NCBI RefSeq assembly: GCF_020745735.1
Contig: NC_083439.1
Coordinates: 23,450,596-23,514,595, forward strand
Direction: 5' to 3'
DNA: 64,000 nucleotides
Origin: Hemiscyllium ocellatum
Lineage: Eukaryota
In this document: in pieces, positions 49,730 through 60,080 of the stretch
Layout of the letters: the number at the start of each line of letters is the position of its first letter
How positions within the stretch are numbered: the stretch's first letter is position 1
Notes under the pieces: generated by a model
Seen by the model: the letters and a program-made list of their open reading frames with translations, nothing else
Told to the model about the DNA's origin: nothing
Database searches by the model: none
Program-made: the position numbers and the translations under genes

Positions 49730-51867
49730 TCTGGATCAGTGGTGCTGGAAGAGCACAGCAGTTCAGGCAGCATCCAACGAGCAGCGAAATCGACGTTTCG
49801 GGCAAAAGCCCTTCATCAGGAATAAAGGCAGTGAGCCTGAAGCGTGAAGAGATAAGCTTGGGGAGAGAGTAGCATAGAGTACAATAGGTGAATGGGGGAG
49901 GAGATGAAGGTGATAGATCAGGGAGGAGAGGGTGGAGTGGATAGGTGGGAAAGGAGCTAGCAGGTCGGACAAGTCCAGACAAGTCATGGGGACAGTGCTG
50001 AGCTGGAAGTTTGAAACTAGGAAGAGGTGGGGGAAGGGGAAATGAGGAAGCTGTTGAAGTCCACATTGATGCCCTGGGGTTGAAGTGTTCCGAGGTGGAA
50101 GATGAGGCGTTCTTCCTCCAGGCGTCTGGTGGTGAGGGAGCGGCAGTGAAGGAGGCCCAGGACCTCCATGTCCTCAGCAGAGTGGGAGGGGGAGTTGAAA
50201 TGTTGGACCACAGGGCGGTGTGGTTGATTGGTGCGGGTGTCCCGGAGATGTTCCCTAAAGCGCTCTGCTAGGAGGCGCCCAGTCTCCCCAATGTAGAGGA
50301 GACCACATCGGGAGCAATGGATACAATAAATGATATTAGTGGAAGTGCAGGTAAAACTTTGATGGATGTGGAAGGCCCCATTAGGGCCTTGGATAGAGGT
50401 GAGGGAGGAGTTGTGGGCACAGGTTTTGCAGTTCCTGCGGTGGCAGGGGAAAGTGCCAGGATGGGAGGGTGGGTCGTAGGGGGGCGTGGACCTGACCAGG
50501 TAGTCACGGAGGGAATGGTCTTTGCGGAAGGCGGAAAGGGGTGGGGAGGGAAATATATCCCTGGTGGTGGGGTCTTTCTGGAGGTGGCGGAAATGTCGGC
50601 GGATGATTTGGTTTATGCGAAGGTTTGTAGGGTGGAAAGTGAGCACCAGGGGCGTTCTGTCCTTGTTACGGTTGGAGGGATGGGGTCTGAGGGCGGGGGT
50701 GCGGGATGTGGATGAGATGCGTTGGAGGATCATGTGGGAAGGGAAATTGCAGTCTATAAAGAAGGAAGCCATTTGGTGTGTTTTATGGTGGAACTGGTCC
50801 TCCTGGGAGCAGATACGGCGGAGGCGGAGGAATTGGGAATACGGGATAGCATTTTTGCAAGAGATAGGGTGGGAAGAGGTGTAATCCAGGTAGCTGTGGG
50901 AGTCGGTGGGTTTGTAAAAAAATGTCAGTGTCAAGTCGGTCATCATTAATGGAGATGGAGAGGTCCAGGAAGGGGAGGGAGGTGTCAGAGATGGTCCAGG
51001 TAAATTTAAGGTCAGGGTGGAATGTGTTGGTGAAATTGATGAATTGCTCAACCTCCTCATGGGAGCAAGAGGTGGCGCCAATGCAGTCATTAATGTTACG
51101 GAGGAAGAGGTGGGGAGTGGTGCCGGTGTAATTACGGAAGATCAACTGTTCTATGTAGCCAACAAAGAGACAGGCATAGCTGGGGCCCATACATGTGCCC
51201 ATGGCTACCCCTTTGGTCTGGAGGAAGTGGGAGGATTCAAAGGAGAAATTGTTAAGGGTGAGGACCAGTTCGGCCAAACGAATGAGAGTGTCAGTGGAAG
51301 GGTACTGTTGGAGACGTCTGGAGAAGATAAACGGAGGGCTTGGAGGCCCTGATCATGGCGGATGGAGGTGTAGAGGGATTGGATAACCATGGTGAAGATG
51401 AGGCATTGGGGGCCAGGGAAACGGAAGTCTTGGAGGAGGTGGAGGGCGTGGGTCGTGTCTCGAACGTATGTGGGGAGTTCCTGGACTAGGGGGGATAGGA
51501 CAGTGTCGAGGTAGGTAGAGATGAGTTCAGTGGGGAAGGAGCATGCTGAGACAATGGGTCGGCCAGGGTGGTCAGGCTTGTGGATCTTGGGAAGGAGGTA
51601 GAACCGGGCAGTGCGGGGTTCCCGAACAATGAGGTTGGAAGCTGTGGGTGGGAGATCTCCTGAGGTGATGAGGTTCTGTATGGCCTGGGAGATGATGGTG
51701 ATGGGGGGTGGGGTCATGGTCGAGGGGGCAATAGGAAGAGGTGTTTTTGAGTTGGCGTTTGGCTTCAACGGTGTAGAGGTCAGTGCGCCAGACTACCACT
51801 GCGCCCCCTTTATCCGCTGGCTTAATGGTGAGGTTGGGATTGGAGCAGAGGGATTGGAGGGCTGTGT
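49730..51867 (-). mobile_element. 5'-truncated Penelope-like element (RT plus GIY-YIG plus pLTR)
   Basis: FYLLPKIHKPDHPGRPIVS, QTKGVAMG and LYIGETGR; 14-bp TSD GTTATGGAAGTGGT (49716-49729 and 51868-51881); intact hammerhead core at 49792-49819. Confidence 0.93.
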
Positions 51868-51986
51868 GTTATGGAAGTGGTGCCTGTCAAGTGTGCTGCT
51901 TTGTCCTGGATGATGTTAAACCTCTTGAAAGTTGTAGGAACTTTACTCACCAAGACAATTAGGGAGTATTCCATCACATTCTTGAC

Positions 51987-54238
51987 TTTGATTTGATTTG
52001 ATTTATTGTCACATGTATCGAAGTACAATGAAAAGCTTTGAGTACAAGCAGAACGTAGGAAGCACAGATGTACGGACATGATGTACAGATCAAAAAAACT
52101 TAGACAGAGGCATACAGGTTACATTGCACAGGGTGTGCTCTGGGTGAGATCAGCATTATTTGAAGCTAGAGAGTCCATTCATCAGTCTAATAATGGCTAG
52201 GAAGAAGCTGTTCCTGAACCTGCTGGTGCATTTGTTCAGGTTTCTGTATCTTCTGAAGAAGGGCTCATGCCCGAAACGTTGATTCTCCTGCTCCTTGGAT
52301 GCTGCCTGACCTGCTGCATCAAAAAGTGTGATGCTGGAAAAGCACAGCCAGTCAGGCAGCATCCAAGGAGCAGGAGAGTTGACGTTTTGAGCATGAGCTC
52401 TTCATCAGGAATGAGGTGATGGCCCAAGGGTGCTGCTAGATAAATGGAGGAGGGGGAGCAGGGCTGCTGGGGGAAGGTAGCTGGAAATGCCATTGGTAAA
52501 TGAAGCTGGGGGGTGATGGTGATAGGTTGAGGAGGAGGGTGAAGCAGATAGGTAGGAAGGAAGACAGACAGGTAGGCCAGTTCAAGAGGGTGTTGCTGAG
52601 TTGGAAGGTTGAATCTGGGATAAGGTGGGGGGGAAGGGAAAATGAGGAAACTATTGAAATCCACATTGATGCTGTGTGGCTGGAGGGTTCCAAGGCAGAA
52701 GATGAGGCATTCTTCCTCCAGGCGATGGGTGGCTAGCGTTTGGCAGTGGAGGAGGCCCAGGACTTGCATATCCTGGGAGGGGGAGTTAAAGTGTTCGGCT
52801 GTAGGGTAGTGGCATTGTTTAGTGCGTGTGTCCCAGAGATTTTATATGAAATGTTTCACAAGTTGATGTCCTGTCTCCCCAATATAGAGGAGACCACATC
52901 GGGAGCAACGGACACAGTAGATGACATATGCAGAAGTACAGATAAATCTTTGTCGGATGTGGAAGGATTCTTTGGGGTGTTAAACGGAGGTGAATGGGGT
53001 GGTGTACGTGCAGGTTTTACACTTCTTATGGTGGCAGGGAAAGGTGCTGGGAGTGGAGAGTAGGTTGGTGGGGGTGGGGGAAATGTGGATCTAACAAGGG
53101 AGTTGCGGAGGGAATTATTTCTGCGGAATGCAGAGAGGGATTGGGAGGGAAATATGTCCCTGGTGAGAGGGGTCTCTTTGTAGGTGATGGAAATGGCAGA
53201 GGATGATATGTTGTATCTGGAGGTTGGTGGGGTGGAAGATGAGTACTGGGGGAGTTCTGTCCTTGTTGTGATTGGAGGGGTGGGAAGAGGAGGAGATATG
53301 CTGGAGGGCATCATCAACCACATGGGAGGGGAAATTGCGGTTCTTGAAGAAGAAGGCCATCTGTGGTGGAATTGGTTCTGGGAGAAGATGCGGAGGAATT
53401 GGGAGTAAGGGATAGCATTTTTACGGGCATCACGGTGGGAGGAGGTGCAATCTAGGTAGCTTTGGGAATTGGTGGGTTTGATGTAGATCCGTGTTGAGCT
53501 GGTCGCTGGAAATGGAGATGGAGAGGTCCAGGAAGGAGAGGGAGGTGTCTGAGATGGTCCAGGTGAACTAGAGAGGTGATATTGGAAGGTGTTAGTGAAG
53601 TTGATGAACTGTTTAACCTCCTGGTGGGTGCATGAGGTGGCGCCAATACAGTTATCAATGTAGCGGAGGAAAAAGTGGGGAATGGTACCAGTGTAGCTGC
53701 GGAAGATGGACTTTCCATGTACCTGACAAAGAGGCAGGCATAGCTGGGGCCCATGCAGGTGCCCATGGCTACTCTCTGGTCTGGAGGAAATGGGAGGTTT
53801 TGAAGGAGAAATTGTTAAGGGTGAGGACCAGTTCAGTCAGTTGAATGTGTCAGTGGAAGGGTATTGGTTGGGTCGGCGGGAGACAAAGAAAATGAGGGCT
53901 TGGAGGCATTTATCATGGCAATGGATGAGTACAGGGACTGGATGTGACTGGTGAAGTTGAGGCATTGGGGGTCGAGGAAACAAAAGTCATGGAGGAGGTG
54001 GAGGGCATGGATGGTGTCTGAATGTATGTGGGGAGATTCTGCACCGAAAGGGACTGGATGGTGTCAAGCGTTGACTTCTGTGGTGGTCTAGGCACTGCAC
54101 ACCACCTTCTGTCGTTTCTTACAGTCCTGGGCAGAGCAGTTGCCATACCAGGCCATTATGCACCCAGAGAGTACGCTGTCAATGGTTGCATTTGTAGAAG
54201 TTGGTGAGGGTCCTTATGGACTTGCCACATTTCCTTGT
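51987..54238 (-). mobile_element. Rex1/Babar LINE 3' part (pieces 51987-52252 and about 54072-54238) split by a Penelope element
   Basis: RRYRNLNKCTSRFRNSFFLAIIRLMN and DSVLSGCIMAWYGNCSAQD; (AAATC)n tail. Confidence 0.75.
52253..54068 (-). mobile_element. Older Penelope-like element with an inverted pLTR piece at its end
   Basis: Decayed RT and GIY-YIG frames; inverted hammerhead-containing segment at 52253-52320. Confidence 0.88.
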
Positions 54239-55460
54239 GCCTTGTAGATTGTAGACAAGCTTTGGAAAGTCAGGAGGTGAGTTATTCACTGCAGGATTCC
54301 TAGCCTTTACCTGCTCTTGTAGCCACAATATCTGCGAGACAAGTTCAGTTTCTGGCCAGTGGTAACTCCCAGTATATCGCCAATGGGAGAATTCAGTGAT
54401 GATTGTCTCTTTTTAGAGCTGGTCATTGCATGGTATTTGTATGGGATGAATGTTACTTGCTATTTGTTCAAGTTTGGATCTGTCCTGGTCTTAGTACATT
54501 TTGACATGGATTGCTTGAGTATTTGAGGAGTCACAAATAATGCTGAGCATTGTGCAATTATCAGTGAATATCCCTACCTCTGACCTAATGATGCAGAGTA
54601 GGTCATTGATGAAACAACTGAAGATGGTTGGGTCGAGGACACCATCCCGAGAAGTTCCTGGAGAGATGCTTTGGAGTGGCAACTGACTTGAACAACCACA
54701 GCCATTTTCCTTTGAGCTGGGTCTGATTCTGTGCTATCTGCATGATATAACTGCTAAAGCATTGAGGGTCATAAGGAACCCAGGTGGGAAGGTAATTCAT
54801 AATAAATGTAGTAGCCATCATAGCTCCCTCTGCAATCAGTTATTTTTTTCTCTTCATGCTCAGTGGGGCCTCTTCTGGTTATTGTGGGCATGTCCCTTTT
54901 TCATTAGCTCCAGTTGGATATATCTCTCTACCATATGGAACACTCACATGCCTGGATTTAGGATTCCTGAGCACTCATTTATGAACCTCAAGACAAATCT
55001 AATTGCTATATTTAAGGTGTCTGACTGGCACACTTAAAAAACCTTTTGAAATTGCTTTGGTTTTGAGAATATAATGAACAAGTTATACAGAGATACTTTC
55101 ATCATAGAAATCATAGAAACTCTACAGTGTGGAAACAGGACATTTGGCCACAGTAATCCTCTGAAGTGTATCCCACCAGCAGCTCCAGAACACACATAAA
55201 AGCAAGATAGTTTTTTTAAATATGCAAGCTCTACCTATTAGAGTCCTTTCATGCAGCATTTCAAATGTTTATAGTATATGTAGGAGGATGAACATTGCCG
55301 AATTGTTTAAGTTAATTCCATCACTACTTCAACAGTACAATAGAGACATGGTCCATATAACACCAAAGCAAAATAGTTGGTCAATCTGAATCTGGATTCA
55401 GACTGTACTTTTAGCATTGTGGGATAAACAAACACAATTGTAATTTAATTTAAACTGGAT

Positions 55461-55466
55461 TTTATT
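55461..55466 (-). terminator. Candidate PIERCE2 polyadenylation signal
   Basis: TTTATT on + (AATAAA on -) about 900 nt after the stop. Confidence 0.5.
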
Positions 55467-56370
55467 GACACACCAAATCCCAATAGCTTCACACAGTAAT
55501 TGAATTACATGCTGTTTAAATTAGGGAAATTATGAACAATGTATATTTGGGACCAGAAGCAAGTGTGTCATATTCAGGAGCTACATAATATATGCAATAA
55601 TCTCAATACATTACTTAGTCAGCGAGAGCAGGGCTGCCAAAATGGGTGGTCTTTAAAATTATAGGATGGTTTTGGACAGTATTAATTGTTGAAGTAGCAC
55701 TAGTCTTTAAATTGTTGAAATTTGGAGGTATTTTAAAATTAAACAGGATAAATCAGATTGGTATTTCAGATCACAAATTAGAAATTGAGCCTAAACAAAT
55801 TACCGACAAAGAGTAAGAGAATGACATATGGAACTATTTTATCTAAATTACAAACATAGGGACAGAAATGTAAGAGTGGGATTTGGGGTTGGGGACTGAA
55901 CGATTGTTTTTACAAGTTGCTGCTGAGAAAGGAAATGGTGAGAAGGGGAAGTGGTATTGTGCTGGGAGGCTTTTGAAATGCATCTGTAAGAGCCAGCAGA
56001 TTTTGCATGCTAAACGAATACAAGGTGCAACAGCACTATCCGGTGTAGGAGTTTGTAAGATTTTATGTGAAAGAAAACATTTGATTGCTCGTTCTTGACA
56101 TTTGTTGGGTCTGTCTATGTTCTTCCGAATGCTGCTTTATCAAGCATGCCTGAAAGAAATTATGACAAGAATACAGTTGTACACGTGATACATGTACATA
56201 AATTCTAACTTTGCACAATCTCTCCCCAGTCCCACAGACAAAACTAAAATGTTCTATTCATGGTGCCAACAAATATTAGCAGAAAATGTCACCAGTTGAC
56301 TGTTACAATACCACATGCACTCTCGAACCAATGCACTCTCGAACCACGACGGCTTGCTCCCAGTCTCAAG

Positions 56371-57225
56371 TCAAAGGGGGAGTAAATCGTGCACTCTCCT
56401 TTTGTCCGAGCCAGTATTTAGGGAACGGTTTCGGTACATCCCGCCAGTTTGAAGCATTGCAGAGAAGGACTGCGTTAGTGGTTTGTAGACTGAAGGTGCA
56501 ATTTCACATGTGGGTTGGTTGGACCCATATGATGCACTGGTGGTTCTGAAGAGTGGATTTTGAGGTTTAACGAACGGAACAGGGAATGCCGCCGTCGGGA
56601 ATTTCGCCATGCAAGAAAAGACAGGGTTACCAGGATTCGCGCAGGGAGACCACGGCTTCTCCATATCCTCTGCTTTAGCAGCAGTGGCTGGAATAGGACT
56701 ACTTTCACTCGTTTCCTTTTTATGTTCAACTTCTGGAGCAAGAGATTGACTGTGATCATCACGGACTGAGTTCTTACACTCACCCTTGGGAGCAAAGGAT
56801 AAACGGACATCATCACACACACTGTCATCAGGTGCCTTTGCAACAAAAGCTGGATTGAAATCATCCCGCACTTCATCACACTGAACCTTCTGAGCATGGG
56901 CTAAATCAACATCGTCACACATCATGTCCTTAGATTCAACCTTGGGCGCAAAAGATTGGTTAAAATCCTTGCATATTGAGTCTTCAATCTGATCCTTCTG
57001 AGCAAGGGGTGAATTAGGATCAACTTCACAATTTGTCGACTCAACTCTTGAAAAGGGCAGTTTGGGATTGTCACACACCGAGTCTTCAAAGTGAACCTTT
57101 CCAGCGAGGGATGAGATGGTATTGTCATCCCTGCGCTCAGCCTGGGGAGCAGTGGGATCATCATCACAGTTCGGGCTTTTGAACTGAACTTTTCGAGCAG
57201 TCGCTCGACTGGGATGACAGCTCAT
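56371..57225 (-). CDS. PIERCE2: Piercer of microtubule wall 2 (C15orf65, DUF4490 family), 284 aa with a repeat-rich N-terminal extension
   Basis: C-terminus CANPGNPVFSCM...LFRTTSASYG...GGMYRNRSLNTGSDKRR matches the PIERCE/DUF4490 family as recalled. Expected syntenic position and orientation. First in-frame ATG at 57225 (ACCATG); the ORF-track start at 57237 is a TTG; in-frame TGA upstream at 57247-57249. Confidence 0.88.
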   Translation of the reverse strand: MSCHPSRATARKVQFKSPNCDDDPTAPQAERRDDNTISSLAGKVHFEDSVCDNPKLPFSRVESTNCEVDPNSPLAQKDQIEDSICKDFNQSFAPKVESKDMMCDDVDLAHAQKVQCDEVRDDFNPAFVAKAPDDSVCDDVRLSFAPKGECKNSVRDDHSQSLAPEVEHKKETSESSPIPATAAKAEDMEKPWSPCANPGNPVFSCMAKFPTAAFPVPFVKPQNPLFRTTSASYGSNQPTCEIAPSVYKPLTQSFSAMLQTGGMYRNRSLNTGSDKRRVHDLLPL

Positions 57226-57424
57226 GGTCCCTTTCAATAGGAAAGTTCAGGTCTTCCCAGGTGGAACACGGTTTTTACACGGTCCTTTCTGCTCCTGGTT
57301 TCCAGCACCCGCAATTCTTTGTTTTGTTTCCCCCCTTTCTGGGGCGTTCACAGACCCCTGCAGCTCCCCTTTGGCCAAGTACCAGTTTGACTGTGAAGTG
57401 AAGCAGTATCCAGAGGGAAATATT

Positions 57425-58100
57425 GTAACCAATGCAGTCAGCTGAAACCCTTAGCCCATGGTTACCATGGAAGCATTGTTCGGCTCGAGCTGTTTGTTGT
57501 GGCAGCGGCGCCTTGGTAACGGCGTTTGATTGGTTGTTCGTCACGACGGGGCGTGTTCGGCGGGTGTTTGCGCGGCGCATTCGGGTTGTAGTCCGGGGGC
57601 GGGGGAAGAGCGGGGAAGCGGTTGGGTTTGGGACTGCAAATCCCAGAATGCCGCGCGGCGAGGCGGGGTTGCGCGTAACCGCCCGGCCGGGAGGGGGCGG
57701 GGCCTCGTTCGGCAGCGTCAGTCAAAACATCACAAGAGGAGGGGGAGGGGTGCGGGCTGGCCGCAGCCTCTGGAGGCTGTTGTTTTTTAACGGGTCAACA
57801 ACAAGCGTTTGACTTACCGCCGGCTGAAGGGAGAGGCGGCAGGTGAGGCTCGGGGTCGAGGCCCGGGGAATGGGGGTCGCGATCGTCGCTGTCTCCCGGG
57901 GTGACGGACCGTGGGCGGTGGTGAGGGAGGGAGGGGATTGGTCTGAGCTGGGAAAGGCCGAGGGGAGGGGGCAGGCTGAAGGGCCTCGGGCTCAGGTTAA
58001 CCTTCTCCTGCCTCGAATGACCCATTTCCCCGACTCCTCCCCCAGTTAAAACCGCTCGGGCGCCGTCCCTGTTATTATTGCTGCGCGCTGGGGAGGGGGA
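57425..58100. promoter_or_regulatory. CpG island, bidirectional PIERCE2/CCPG1 promoter
   Basis: GC- and CpG-rich. X-box-like GTTACCATGGAAGC (57461-57474) and GGCGCCTTGGTAAC (57507-57520); CCAAT boxes on both strands (about 57429 and 57529); GC boxes near 57596 and 57694. Confidence 0.8.
57720..57842 (+). other. CCPG1: Probable CCPG1 non-coding exon 1 (start approximate)
   Basis: Strong donor CAG|GTGAGG at 57843 inside the CpG island; the next coding exon has an acceptor just 16 nt before its ATG. Confidence 0.55.
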
Positions 58101-59377
58101 AGCTTCGCAAAGTCACTTGTTTATTTTTGGTTCAGCCTGTTCAGACCCCGCTAGCTCTGGTTTTCCTTCACACACACAAGATTGCAAACGATTGCATGAT
58201 CTGACTGCACTCTCACTGACGCAACTCCCTCCTCCCCACCCTCCACTCTTTTCCCCCGTTTTCTATTTTGTGTGTGGCAATGGGAGTAATGCGCACCTCT
58301 CAGACTGCACGGTTTACTGAGGAAGGCTGGAATTAAACCGGACCTCCGCAAAAAGCGCCTTCTTCACAGCCAAATCTCTGATCACAGTTGTTGATGAAAC
58401 CGTCCTCTCACAGCAACAGCCGACGAGGAACAGTTGCTGTTGTTGACATTATCTCCTTTTTTCTTCTTGTTTTGCAAACCATGATCTGCATTTTGGGCAG
58501 GGCTTTCTGCACTTCCCTAATTTCCCTGGGAAGACAGGTCACAGCTAAGTCATTGCTCCCTAACTTTTCACACTTTTCCATGAGCCATTCCTCACAGTAG
58601 TGCTGACAATAATTACAACATGGGTCTGGAAGGATCATTAATGAAGACTTACCATCTCAAACTCTCATGAAACACCTAATTCTTAAAACATGATTGCTAT
58701 GTGATGCCAGGGACAAACCATAGAATGGGGCTAATATGATTTAAGGACGCAATATGTGCATCTAAGTCAAAAATCAAGAATTTCTTAATTCTGCTATTAG
58801 CCTACCAAGGAGTCAGATAGAAATCTCAATCTTTTATGGAACATGCAATGACTGTCTTGGGAAACAAGGATATCATATCCTTCTTATGCTTGAGGTTGCA
58901 AAACCTTTTTATCTTGTTAGCTCTGAAGTGGTCCTGCTTCTTTTCCCTTCCCCATATGACTCCTGGTTTTTGTCTGGCATTTTTCTCCAGCAGCATAACT
59001 GTCATTGACAGTTCAACAAAGTGGAAAATTATATCATTCAATGGTTACAACACAGGAGGAGGTAATTCAGCCTGCTGGAATGACTGTGGGATACAGGCGG
59101 GCAAACAATGCATTATCTCAATGACTATAATTTCAGTAACTATTTTTGGTTTTATTCAAACAGAAAATTTGCTTAGAACTGGAAGAGAATTTGGGCTAAG
59201 GAGGTCTATTTTATTCTCAGTAATTTCAGTTGTGCCTCTTGTATTATTCCTTCATCTCTACTAACCTATTTGGTTTTATTTTCAACTCGTTTATAATATT
59301 GACTTTTGTCACTTGTTTGAGAACTTATTTTGCTGTTATTTTTAATGTAAAACCAAGTTGCCTAACTGCTGTTTTTG

Positions 59378-59578
59378 AAAATGTGTTGCTGGAAAAGCGC
59401 AGCAGGTCAGGCAGCATCCAAGGAGCAGGAGAATCGACGTTTCGGGAAAAGATTACTGAAGAAGGGCTCATGCCCAAAACGTCGATTCTCCTGCTCCTTG
59501 GATGCTGCCTGACCTGCTGTGCTTTTCCAGCAACATACTTTCAGCTCTGATCTCCAGCATCTGCAGACCTCACTTTCT
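59378..59578. mobile_element. Palindromic Penelope-derived mini-element with 17-bp TSD in CCPG1 intron 1
   Basis: CCTAACTGCTGTTTTTG at 59361-59377 and 59579-59595; near-perfect inverted arms; core has GAAA changed to AAAA. Confidence 0.88.
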
Positions 59579-59804
59579 CCTAACTGCTGTTTTTGCCCCA
59601 AACTCGTCTCCTTTGCGTCAGTGAATGATTTGCCTAAAACATTTTAGTTAATCCCTTCTGTCATTTATGATTGTGAATTTAATCTTTAGATTCTCGTTTG
59701 ATTTGTGATTAATGAATGTTATAAGTATTCTTGTGGTAATGAAGCTACTAAAACAGTGCAGAATATTTAGCATCTTTAAATCAATCTTAAACTGTAAGTA
59801 TTTC

Positions 59805-60080
59805 ACAGAATCCTGACAGTGTAGAAAGAGGCCATTTGGCCCCTCAAGTCAGCACTGATCCTTCAAAGATCATCTCGCCCAGATGTAACCCTTGTGACCC
59901 CACTTACCATGGCTAATGCACCTAACCGGCATATCTTCGGACTGTTGGAGGAAATCAGAGCACCAGGAGAAAACCTAAGTAGACACTGGGAGAATGTGCA
60001 AACTCCACAGAGACAGCCACTCAAACCTGGGTCCCTGGCACTGTGAGGTAGCAGTGCTAACCACTGTGCCATCGTCCTGC
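59805..60080 (-). mobile_element. HE1-type SINE
   Basis: Translates as the typical [16 protein letters not shown] pseudo-ORF of the tRNA head. Confidence 0.8.

Larger units (their letters stand above)
49357..54725 (-). mobile_element. Old CR1/L2-group LINE broken by younger insertions (pieces at about 49357-49729, 51868-51986, 54240-54725)
   Basis: VLDPTIFSCFINDL..GIFTDNCT at 54491-54682; 3' tail matches 6120-6295. Confidence 0.6.

Noticed and set aside
56315-56346. 16-nt tandem duplication (ATGCACTCTCGAACCA x2) in the PIERCE2 3' UTR
   Set aside because: Real, but most simply a slippage event with no sign of function.
57226-57237. PIERCE2 start at 57237 as in the ORF track
   Set aside because: That codon is TTG; the first ATG is at 57225.
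57275-58351. Several Arg/Pro/Gly-rich ORFs in the CpG island as independent genes
   Set aside because: Expected from high GC content; no domain similarity. One is kept only as a speculative PIERCE2 exon.
58836-59264. 142-aa hydrophobic ORF in CCPG1 intron 1
   Set aside because: No recognisable homology or exon boundaries; the composition reflects T-rich intron sequence.
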